A stretch of 64,000 nt of DNA from Felis catus (lineage: Eukaryota), in assembly GCF_018350175.1 (NCBI RefSeq), contig NC_058368.1, positions 184,886,001-184,950,000 on the forward strand. The letters are read 5' to 3'. The notes under the pieces were generated by a model. The model made no database searches. It was not told the DNA's origin and saw only the letters and a list, made by a program, of their open reading frames with translations. Position 1 is the first letter of the stretch. Each line of letters begins with the position of its first letter. Shown here one piece after another: positions 10,435 to 23,300 of this stretch. The position numbers and the translations under genes are program-made.

Positions 10435-13400
10435 CTTTAAAGAAAAATAGAAACAAAAGTATTTGAAATAAGTAAAAAGCCCATGTTGAGGTTTTATATT
10501 CTCTATTTGACTCTGTCCTTACTGCAAATCTGTCTGATTCCTGGAAAAATATACAAATAAACAATTAAGACAATACTTTTTTCTATAAACTTCACCAGTA
10601 CTCATGGGCTTCCTTGTACATGATGATTTAGAGATAAGTAACAATATAAACCACCAGCAAACACGCAAAGTGAACTTTAACTAGTACTAGAAAATAAAGT
10701 CCTTCAATATTTTTAAAGCAACAAGAAAAATTGTATCAACAATACATACTATCGTGACAGATCTGGGCTTTCAACAAGTGAAATTTTAAAATGCCACGTA
10801 CTGGGTGGCTCAGTCAGTTGAGCGTCCAACTTCGGCTCAGTTCCTGATCTCACCGTTAATGGGCTCGAGCCCCGCAACGGGCTCTGTGCTGAGCGCTCAG
10901 AGCCTGGAGCCTGCTTTGGATTCTGTGTCCCCCCATCTCTGTCCCTCCCCCGCTCATGCTCTCTCAAAAGTGAATAAGCATTAAAAAAAAACCATTTTTT
11001 AAATAAAATAAAATAAAATAAAATAAAATAAAACAAAACAAAACAAAACAAAATGCCATGTACTTACAGGTCTTAAGTGACTGCTGGGGAGATTGAAAGC
11101 ATCTGCGATTGCACATGCCATTTCATACTTAGTCATCTGTTCATTGCCAGACCAGTGAAAGGTTCCTTTAATTGATGGATCCTAATAAAGACACAAGAAT
11201 TCAAAATAGGATCAACTTTTTCAGCTGAGCAGAATGGTAGGTGTGACAGAAAAGCTAATTTAACAGGTCCAAGAATTGAAACACATCCCTCCTTTCTGGA
11301 ATGCTCTCCACAAGGTATCTAAAATCAAATTCCTATAAATATACCCAGCTAAACATGAGAAGCAATTTCTTGAATTTAGGCTTAAGAATTTTTTTAAATA
11401 AAAATATAAATGACTCCAATTTTATTTAGTGGGAATCCTAAAAATGATTACAGATTTTTATGGAAACAGGCCCATTTAATGAGTATTTCTAATTATTCTA
11501 AGAAGCTAAAACCAAAACTGTTAAGAATCATTTTGAGGTAATTAGTCATAACATCATTAAATACTAGTATAGTACATATTTAAAATACAAATTTTTATGT
11601 GTTAAAAAACTATAGACAAACTTATTACTATTCTAAAATAAATCAGTCTCATCTTTCCATGAATACTCTATTTAGTTCCGACTTTTTCATGTCTAAAACT
11701 AATTCCTATTCTAATATCTAAAAATATTACAAATCATTCTTAAAAAGGCTGAAATTATAAATTCCTATGTAGATTCATTCTTCTTTGGCACTACACAGAT
11801 CTTAAACAAAATTAATTTTTTTTTTAAAGATTCTATTTTTAAGTAATCTCCACACCTAACATTGGACTCAAACTCACAACCCTGAGATCAAGAGTCACAC
11901 GCTCTACAGAATGAGCCAGTCAGGTGCCCCAAACAGAGTAACGTGTTAAAGACATTAGATTATTTTGTCATCCAAAGAAAAAATACAAGTTTCTAGTCAT
12001 CTTGCAATAAAAGAATGACAGACAGGGTCCATAGTATATGAGAAATCAATTCAAACACAAGAGCATAATATTTTTACTATTTATAAGTATAGCCTACTAC
12101 TGCAAACCACTTTTGTTTGGTCTCTTTGTCGTTCTAAAAATTTTAAATAAAAACTTGCAGTTGTTTCTTTATATTATTAATTAAAAACTATTATTTAAGG
12201 GGCGCCTGGGTGGCTCAGGCAGTTAAGCATCCAACTTTGGCTCAGGTCATGATCTCGAAGTTCGTGATTTTAAGCTCCACATCTGGCTCTGCACTGGCGG
12301 TGCAAAGCCTGCTTAGGATTCTCTCTCTCTCTGCCCCTTCACTTGTGCGCATGCGATCTCTCTCTCTCCCAAAATAAATATATAAACTTAAAAAAAAAAA
12401 CAAAAAAAACCTCAATGATTTTCCATCACTTTAAAAAGAAAGAAATATTAGCAAAGAAAGCAAAAGCACTGTGACTTTCACTCAATGGTGGAAATCAGAA
12501 ATTCTTCCTTCCCAAGATTCTCACCAGCATCCTCTTTTCTGCTAACTGGCGACACACAGTGGCTACATCTTTGACGTGTGTGGGGAACCTCTGCTGCCAG
12601 TGGTCCATGTTTGCAGACTTGTTACTGAACTGCACTTTATCAAACATAACAGTCACAGCACTTTCGTCAAGCTTTTCGACTTCTCCATACAAAACAGGAA
12701 TTCTCAAAACAGCAGCTCCTACGAATTAATTAAAAAAAAAATAATCTTTAAAAAAATCTTTTAAAGCTGACTGGTTCTTATCTTAAGTCCTGATATAAAA
12801 TGAAAGTATGCGGATTTAAACTAGATTGTAGGAAACTTGCAATGTACCAAAATGACATATGGCTTCTCTGTAATAAGGCCCATTTAATAAATGTGATACT
12901 TTCTTTTTAATTTTTTTAAATGTTTATTTGTTTTTGACAGAGAGACAGAGCATGAAGAGGGGAGGGGCAGAGACACAGGGAGACAGAGAAGGGGAAGCAG
13001 GCTCCAGGCTCCGACCTGTCAGCACAGAGCCCGACGCGGGGCTCGAACTCACAGACCATGAGATCACGACCTGAGCCGAAGTCAGACGCTCAACGGACTG
13101 AGCCACCCAGGCGCCCCATATGTAATACTGAGTTTTTAAAGGTCTCTGTCATTTGGGGTATTTTTATATGTTATTTTCAACAATCCTAGTAATGAAGAAA
13201 TTCAACCGATCATGACAACTAAACACAGTAAGTGATCTTTGACTTATTAAAGAATAAAAAAATAAGAAATAAAATGCATTGAAGGCCATTATTAGGACAA
13301 GTGGGAAAATTCCTATATAAACAATATGTATAACATTATATTAATGTTACATTTCCTGAGTGTGATAACTACATTGTAATTATGTAAGAACATTCTTGTT

Positions 13401-14295
13401 AAAAGATAAATGGCATAGTAAACTATTCTGTGGTAGAATTCAACCAATTCTTGAATTTCAATTCTTGAAACCACTGAGTAAGGAATTATGATATATTTAG
13501 ATTTTATGTTGGTCCCTAATGAGCTGTCACAACAGACTGGATAATTAACACCTTAACTGAAAATTAACAAACTATTTTTTTTTCAAATATTTTTTATTTT
13601 TGAGACAGAGGTCACAAGTGGGGAGGGGCAGAGGAGAGGGAGACAGAGGATCCAGAGCAGGATCCACACTGACGGCAGAGAGCCCAACATGGGGCTCAAA
13701 CCCATGAACCAGGAGATCATGACTTGAGCAGAAGTTGGAAGTTTAACCAACTGAGCCATCCAGGCACCCCACAAAGTATTTTAATTAAATCAACATATTG
13801 GATAACTGTGTATAGAAATGCATTCAAGGATGATTCCTGCATGATAATTTAGAATATTAAAAAACTATATATCCTGGAAATCTATATTAGAGGATGCTTC
13901 TCAAAGACAGTACAGTCTAGGGCAGTGCAAGGAATCATTACATCAAGTACTATACAGCCATTGATAGGAAAAAGATAACCCAGAGATGATTCACTATGTA
14001 TTAAAATACAAATATGGGGGGAGAACCAGGTTATAAAACAAAACCCATACACTTTTAAAAATTCACAAAAATTGCTTCCATACCTAACCACATCTGGTGC
14101 TTCTCCGAGGCAGCGTTATAAAAGAACTTCTGCTCTTGACTTCTTTTTAAAACCCTAAAGGGGCGCCTGCGTGTTGAGCGTCCAACTTCTGATTTCAGCT
14201 CAGGTCACAATCTTGGGGTCATGGGATCAACCCTCTGTGCTGAGCTTGGAGCCAGCTTATGATTCATATTCATTCTCTCTCTCTCTCTCTCTCTC

Positions 14296-14336
<41 letters not shown>

Positions 14337-17300
14337 GTAAATATATAAAAATATCCATAAATATATATTTGTAATTTTTAATGTAGTTTTCATTATAAAA
14401 TATATACAAATATATATAAAATATATATTTGTAATACATATAAATATATATGTAATTTTTAATGTAGTTTTTCTTGCTTCCCTTTTTCAAGTTTCAAACT
14501 TCCTTACCATATATGTAGGCCCTGAAAAGGAAGAGGGTGGTTGGTTAAGCATCCAACTTCAGCTCAGATCATGATCTCATAGTTCCTGGGTTCAAGCCCC
14601 ACGTCAGGTTCTGTGCTGACAGCTTGGAGCCTGAAGCCTGCTTCAAATTCCGTGTCTCTCTCTCTCTCTGACCCTCCCCCAACTCATGCTCTGTCTCTCT
14701 CAAAAATGAATAAACATTAAGAAAAAAAAGAGATTCTCTCTCTCTCTTTCTGCCTCTCTCCCCAACTCTAAAATAAAAAAATAAAATAATGTCAGCTGTG
14801 CTGACAGCTCAGAGCCTGAAGCCTGCTTCGTATCCTGTCTCCCTCTCTCTCTGCCCCTCCCCGTTCATGCTCTCTCCCTCTCAAAAATAAATATTAAAAA
14901 AAATTTTTTAATAAATAAAATAAAATAAATAATAAAAATAAAAAACATACAAAAAAACCCAAATACCTCAATCTAGGAGAAATGATACTGAGCTGTTTTT
15001 TCAAAGTAGGTTACAAATATTTATACTATTAAGACTTCTTTTCTTTATACAATAATATATTTTTTTTAAGTAAGTTCTACGCCTAATGTGGGGCTTGAAC
15101 TCACAATCCCAAGATCAAGAGTCACATGTTCTATGGACTGAGCCACCAGGTGCCCCTATAAAATGACATTTATGTATACATTGTTACTGGAAAGTCTGGA
15201 AAAATTCATAAATTCTTCATGATTTCTAAAATTCTTATTTTTCTTTTTTATTAACTACCTTCTTTCTCCAATGATTTATGCTCAATTTTTTCAAAATTTA
15301 AAAAACATATTTGTTTTTTTAAATATTTTACTTATTTATTGAACATTTCTTCATTTTTGAGAGACAGAGACAGACTGAGTGGGGAAGGGGCAGAGAGAGG
15401 GAGACACAGAATCTGAAGCAGGCTCCAGGCTCTGAGTTGTCAGCATAGAGCCCGACGCAGGGCTTGAACCCACGGGCTATGGGATCAGAACCTGAGCTGA
15501 AGTCGGCCACCCAACCGACTGAGCCACCTAGGCGCCCTAAAAAACATGTTTGTATAGATGTCATATCATTTCCTCAAAGCAATCAGAGGCTAAAGAAATT
15601 GTGTCTTACCTAAATTGTTCTCTAGGACAGCCTTTTCTCCTTCTAATTTTGTTTTGCCATACAGATTTAGGGGACTTGGTACATCTTCCTCTCTGTAAGG
15701 TGGATTTGTTCCATCAAATACATAATCTGAGCTAATGTAGATTAGAAATGCTCCAATTAAAGCTAAAAAAGAAAGACATGAAAAAAATCATCTATTAAAT
15801 TATTACACAACATTACTCTGTACTGGTATTCATAACAGCTATTCATCATATATAAAACAAACCTCTTATAAGCAATCTACAAAACTTCAATCTTTATAAA
15901 CTCAGCAATTATTTAATATTTCATGAAGACTTCATAAAGTCATCATTACCTGCTTCCTTTGCTAAATTCCCAGAAGCATCCACATTAAGTTGCGAAGCAG
16001 CATCTGGCTGATTTTCGACAACATCTGGCCTTCTCTCTGCTGCACAATGTACTATGACATGGGGCTGGAAGTTAAACATTGATGTATTTTTAAACCATAA
16101 GGAATAAAACAGGGGAGCTACAGCCTTCCAATAGTAACTCAATTCATAAAAAAAAAAAGTTTGTTAAATCAACATTCCTTCAACTACAGAATCGCTGTAA
16201 TTTTTATTGTAGTTTTGCCATGCTTTCCTTTTTCAAGTTTCGAACTTCCTTAACATATATATAGGCCCTGAAAAGCAAAGAGCAATTTAGTAATCCCGAG
16301 GAAAACCAAAATCAGTGTCAACAACTATTATTTCTCAATCAAAATAAGCTTTGTCCTCTAATGTGGGTCGGAGAAAAGAGCTAACATTAATGTAATTAAT
16401 ATGACCTTAATACTTAATAAATCTACATTAAAGGGAGAATACAAATTTCAAATTAAATTCATAAACTCAAATCTCTTAGACTACTTAACAAATGTCAACT
16501 ACCCACAAAAACTAAATTCCCAGTTCATCATTTAGTATGTCAGCTGTATAGTAAACACTGTGCAAGGAACAGGATTTCATAATCTAGTAGAAAACAACAA
16601 AAAAAGACAGATATGTAAGGAGACTATTTCAGTACAATTCTATTTCAGATAGAATGGGAGGTGCCTGGTTGGCTCAGTGGGTAGAACATGCAACTTTTGA
16701 TTTTGTTGGGTTTGTGAGTTCAAGCCCCACATTGGGCCTAGAGCTTACTATTTTTTTTTTTTTTAATGTTTTATTTTGGGAGAGGGAGATGGAGAGGGAA
16801 AATATGAAGGTGCAGGGGAGGGACAGGGGCAGATAGACAGACAGAGACAGAGAATTCCAAGTAGGCTCCATGCAGCATAGACACTGACTTGGAGGCTTGA
16901 ACTCATGAACCCTGAAATCAGGACCTGAGATGAAATCAAGAGTCAGATGCTTAACCAACTGAACCATCTAGGCGCTCTCTAGAACTTATTTAAAAAAAAA
17001 AAAAAAAAAAATTATGTTTTTAATTATAGATTTAATTATAGATTATATTATGTTTTTAATTAAAGATTGAGGAATGCATGGGGCATCTACTTCCCAAAGA
17101 AGGTGAACCAAGGTTAAGATTTGGTAAAACCACTGACACACAGGGCTCATGTACAAACATACCAAATGATCTCCTTCCTCAACAACTGTTAGAGGAACCA
17201 TGACCTTTGGAGTTGTTTTAAAACTTCAATGTGCATAATCCAGGGTGCTTCTTAAGATGTCCTGGTCCCCACCATAGACTTACTGAATTAAAACCTCTGG

Positions 17301-20300
17301 AAGTGAGACACACCTAAAGAACAAGTTCCCCAAGTGATTCTGATGCGCATGTCTCTTGGACCATACTTCTGAAAAGAACTTTAACTCTCAATTTGATCAG
17401 ACGTAGAATAGAACCTAAATTTTTTCATAACTTTTCTATGGCAATGGTTAAGAGTTATTTAACCTCTCTGAGCTTTTTTCACCTCTAAAATGGAAATGAT
17501 AGTATCGATTTTGCAGTGCTGTAAGGTTTACAGACAATATTAAAAAAGCATTTGCATAGAAAGTGGTGCTTAACAAGAGTACTTCACAAACATAAGCTTT
17601 TTATAAAATGCTCATATTTCCAACTTTTGTCAACCTATGTTTCAACCTAATCTTTTCAAGGACTACATATACTTTGCATGCTTACAAAAAAAAAAAAAGT
17701 GCACTACTCAATTGACCTTTGAACATGGATTTGAATTGCATGGATCCACTTATATGCTGATTTTTTTGTTGTTGTTTATAAATACAGTACTGTGTTTTAA
17801 ATGTATTTTCTCTTCCTTATGATTTACTCAGTAATATTTTCTTCTCCCTAGTTTACTTTATTGTAAGAATACAGTATATAACACATATAATGTACAAAAT
17901 ATGTGTAATCAACTGAGTTATCGGTAAGGCTTCCAGTCAATAGTAGGCTATTAGCAGTTAAGTTTGGGGGAAGTAAAATGTTATATAGATTTTCTTTCTT
18001 TTTTTTCTTTTTTAAACATTTATTTATTATTGAAAGACAGAGAGAGTCAGAGTGTGAGCAGGGGAGGAGCAGAGGGAGAGGGAGAAACAGAATGGGAAGC
18101 AGGCTCCAGGCTCTGAGCTGTCAGCACAGAGCCCGACAATGGGGCTCGAACTCACGAGCTGTGAGATCATGACCTGAGCCAAAGTTGGACACTTAACCAA
18201 CTGAGCCACCCAGGTGCCCCTCTTATACAGATTTTCAATTGTGCAGGAGTCAGCATTCCTAAATCCTGAATTATTCAAGGGTCAACTGTATATTATTGCT
18301 GCTTAGTAGGTTACAGCTTAAGTACAGTATTTTCCTTGAGAAAAGAACAATTTCTAAATCATCCAGACAATTCTTAACATAGTTTATATATGTGCTAAAA
18401 TAAACAGACTCAACCATACCTGAAAATCATGAATGATGTGATGAACCGCTTCAGAATCCAAAAGATTAACCTGTTCAAATTTTGGTCTTGCTCTTCTAAA
18501 ACCACAGCCAAAGGCATGCCAATTATTCTGCTTAAATTCTTTATACACAGCTCTGCCCAGAAGCCCAGTGGCACCAGTAATCAAAACCCGCCTACTGGGG
18601 AGGTTAACTTCCTCCTAAAAAAGTGAAGAAGGATAAAGATTACTCACTTTGAAAATATTCTAAGAAATCAGTCATCATCATTGTTCACTAAATACTTTGA
18701 GTCTAAGAAGTTAGCTTCATGTCCTACATCTATTAGACAACTCTTAAGTTAGAATAAAAATCAAACTGCATCAATAATTATATCACTTATTAAAAGTTTT
18801 ATTAATCCTATCCATGAAAAAGAACCCAAAATGATACTGTAAGGATATACCTAGTCAATTAAATTCCAACCCCCACCCCCACCTTTTAGAAAAAAAAAAT
18901 AAAGATTTTATTTTGGGGGCACCTGGATGGCTCAGTTAACCGCCTGACCCTTGATTTCAGGTCAGGTCATGGTATCACAGTTTCTGGGTTTGAGCCCCGC
19001 ACTGGGCTCTGCACTTAGGGTAGAGCCTGCTTGGGATTCTTTCTTTCTGTCCCTCCCCTGCTTGCATGAGCACACTCTATCTCTGAAGACAAATAAACTT
19101 AAAAAGTATTTTATCTTTAAGTAATCTCTAGACCCAAGGTGAGGCTCGAACTTACAACAAGATCCAGATTCACATGTTCTACCTAATGAGCCAGGTAGGT
19201 GCCCTGATTTCTTATGTTAATAATGGAAAATCTTATTTTAATGATGAGTGATGTCAAAATGAACAAACAGCAATTTTAATTACATCCTCCAGTTTATAAA
19301 ATGCACCATTAGTTTGAAGCTTACTTATTTTTTATGGCCGGATGAACTATTTGGCTGTATTCAACAATATACTCAAAAGTTGACATTTTTTGGTCTTCAG
19401 TTTGTAACCTCAACTTTTCTTTCACATTTCATTGATTTATCATATTTTGATAGGTCTGAGTTAAGGAATTCACATGTCACAGGCATTTATGTGGAGGAAA
19501 AAAAAATGTGGCCTTAATAGTAATAATATTCTGAGTTTAACCAAACCAAATATTCAATTTTAACCAATGGTTTAAATTAAACCATTTCTAAATTTAATCA
19601 GTAAATTTTCCTGAGTTAACTCTAAATTTATCTTCACAGACCTGTTAAAACTAACATAAAAGGACAGGGACACCTGAGTGGCTCAGTTTCAGGTCATGAT
19701 CTTGTGGCTCCTGAGTTCAAGTCCCACATCTGGCTCTGTGCTGTGGGTGCAGACCCTGCTTCAGATGCTCTGTCCCCCTCTCTGCGCCCCTCCCCCACTT
19801 GTGTTCACACACTCTCTCCCACTCAAAAATATATATATATATAAAAAAAAAAAAACCTAACATGGGCGCGCCTGGGTGGCTCAGTCGGTTGAGCGTCTGA
19901 CTTTGGCTCAGGTCATGATCTTGTGGTTTGTGAGTTTGAGCCCCAGGTCGGGCTCTGTGCTGACAGCTCAGAGCCTGGAGCCTGATTTGGATTCTGTGTC
20001 TCCCTCTCTCTCTGCCCCTCCCCTGCTCATGCTCTGTCACTTTCTGTCTCAAAAATAAATAAAACATTAAAAAAAAAAATTAAAAAAAAACAACCTAACA
20101 GACAAAAGGACAAAAAAATTAACACAGATGAGAAAAAAAAATAAACTAAAATATTTTAAATTGATCTGTGTTGCTATTGTGAAAGAAAAAAGTCCTTACA
20201 CAATGAAATTAAAAGGAACTACCTAGAAAATAAGTTGTTTCCAAAGCAGTTTAAAAAACTTCTCTTCTTAAGACGTGTAACATCAAATTTCCCAGACTCT

Positions 20301-23300
20301 TGAAAAAAATCAACATTTACTATTTAAAAAAACAAAAACGGGGGCGCCTGGGTGGCTCAGTTGGATAGGCGTCAGACTTCGGCTCGGGTCATGATCTCAT
20401 GGTTCGTGGGTTCGAGCCTCACATAGGGCTCTGTGCTGACAGCTCAGAGCCTGGAGCCAGCTTCTGATTCTGTGCATCTGTCTCTCTTTCTCTGCCCCTC
20501 TCCTGCTCGTACTCTCTTTCTCAAAAACAAATAAACATTAAAAAAAAATTTATAAATAAATAAACAAACACCAACAAAGTTTTATTAGGGGTACCCAGCT
20601 GGCTCGGTTGGTACAGCATGCAACTCTTGATCTCAGGGTTGTGAGTTCAAGCCCATGTTGGACGTTGAGCCTACTTAAAAAAAAAAAATTTCTTACAGTT
20701 TTATCAATTTGAGGTCTTCTTATTTCAAGTGCTGTTATGGTCATCTATTCTGAGCTGTCAAAAACTTTAAACAAGCACATAATAACTAAAGATCTTTCTT
20801 TTTTAGCCCTTATGTCAGCAGAATAACTTGGCACTATAGTTTAAAAAAAAAAGGCCACCAAAATTATCTATTTATACCATAGGAAAAACCTGAAATGAAA
20901 GGGCAGACAGAAACAGTACAAAAGGTAAATTCTTGAAGATATTTTTTCTTTAGTGCAACCAACTTCAAAACATTTTAAAAGTTGAAGTGAAATTCATCTA
21001 GGCTCTCTAGTGTAAAACTTGGCTCTAAGCCAACTGATCTATGAAAACAAGGATTTCAGCCAACAAAATATTTTCTTTGAATTTTGGCACAAAAACAGCT
21101 CTACAAAGACTGAATTGTTAAGAAGATAAAACATGCCAAGTCTAGTAGATACAATCAGAAAACCATTTACACAGAATAAATACCATAAAGATCCCTGGGA
21201 AAATATTATAAAGTGGCTATAATTTGGTTTCTTCAGAGTTTCTCACTCTTTAGTACTTCACTTTATAGAAGCAAAGGAATATAGAACAGTTCTTAGGTCA
21301 GTGGTTTTTAGGCTTTACTATAGATAAGAATCATGAGTGAGGCTTTCAGATCCAGTACATCTGAGGTAAATCCTGATAATTTACATTTCTAATAAGTTCT
21401 CAGGAACGTGCTGATGATGGTGATTTGGGAACTGTACTTTGAGAAATGTAATCTTGAACTCCAGGGAAAATCCAAGGTTTTCCTAAAGATAAATTTATCT
21501 TATTCAAACAAGCCAAAAATTGTCATCTTTCAAAAAGCAACAACAAACTTTCCTTCTCTCTTCCCCCGTGAAAAAAGAAAAACAACAAAAAGTCAAAGAA
21601 CAAGCATCACGCATTCCACAAAGGTTATTAAACATTGAATTCAGATCTCTGCATACTGCATTGATTCTGTGAAACACACTTTTTCCTCATTTTAACATCC
21701 CTGTTAAATGAATGAAATAGAGATGCAACTTATTACTGTCCTAGACTTGCAGTGTTTTTTGCTTTTTAGTGCATCTTAAAACAAGAACCCAGATGCTATT
21801 GTAATCAAGTACATCTTGGATTTGATGCAATATAGTAGTATTAAATTACAAGCACAGCAAGGCTCTTTGGGAATTCAATACACTTAACTTCAAAAAAGGG
21901 ATGAGGTTACGAGGAAAAAAGACCACCTTATATCCTTATCCTCTGGGGTAACTTGTATGGTCCCTAGAAGAAAATATGAAAAACAGTCCATGGTACCTAG
22001 TGGTCAGATGTCAATGCTCAAGAATTTTCTTTATTAAAATAGCAGAGATCTGAAGTGCAAACATTTCCTAAAACAAAAATGATACTGTACTATCTTGTAT
22101 TTGGAAACTATTGAGTGTTATGTAAGCCTATATCATACCTTTTGATCATAAGATAACCTTGTTAAACATGTAGGGTAAGTATTTCCAAACTGAGGAATCT
22201 GAAGCCTAGAGATGTTAAAGGTTGTATGGAAAACCGGAAAGGTTGGGACCAGAACTTGCTTCTTGCTTCTATGGTCCAAGCCAAATATATACAGAGTTGC
22301 GTCTTAATCCTTTGACCTTCTATTTGACTTCATAATGATTAAATTTTAACTGTTCTGCCACAAAATATGGTATTGGGAAGTTACTGAAATCTCTATTGAT
22401 CGAATTCCTCATTTGGACAAAATGACTAAGGCTCCTCATACAATTTTAGCATTTTCCACATTATCCTCAACACAGAGTAGACGGAGTCTGAAAGGAGTGA
22501 AAGGAGCTTCATTTACTTAAAGTAATTTTTCCTCTTCACAGAGTTCTTTCTAGAGACTCAATGAGCACCTTCTGTCACCAGTGTAAGAGCCAAGACAAGG
22601 TTTTTCATTTGGACTGCAAATTTATTGGTTGTTAGCAAATAAAATGTGCCTCACTCTGAAATTAAAAGATGCCTAACAAAAATAGCTCTTCTATTTTTGA
22701 CTTTCTCTATCAGAAATCTACCTGAAGCTTTTTAAAAGCAGTTTTGATTATTTTATTTTCAAAAGAAAAGAAATATTCCTGTAAAAAAATTATTTGACTG
22801 TTACGCCATAAAATATTTTAGTCCTGCTAAACACAGAGATGTCCATGCACTTCAAGGAACTCAGAATGAAGAATAAAAAGTTTTCTAGTTAACCCAAAAC
22901 CACAATAAACAGCTCAAAAAAATCATCTACCTGAAAAATCTACTTTCTTAATTTTTATTATCTTATGTGTAAAGTATCAAATGTCACTTTGTTATTCTGA
23001 ATATACTTGCCACACTCTGCAGAAACTCTTACAAGTTCAGAACTTCAAGTGACCACATTTATAGACATCAAAAAATTCTTTGAAAAGTTAAATACATATA
23101 AATAAATGCAGAACTACCACTTTTATTATGCTACCTAATCAAGTGATAACAAACTATAGGTAATGAGATAAATGGATCTTTCCAAATGGCCACAGTAGTC
23201 TGGGACAATTATTTCTACTTTAGCATACTTGCATTAACTTCCACTAAAAATGTCTTAGCAAAAGACTAACATCTAAATAGAGATCTTCTTAAGTTTTAGT

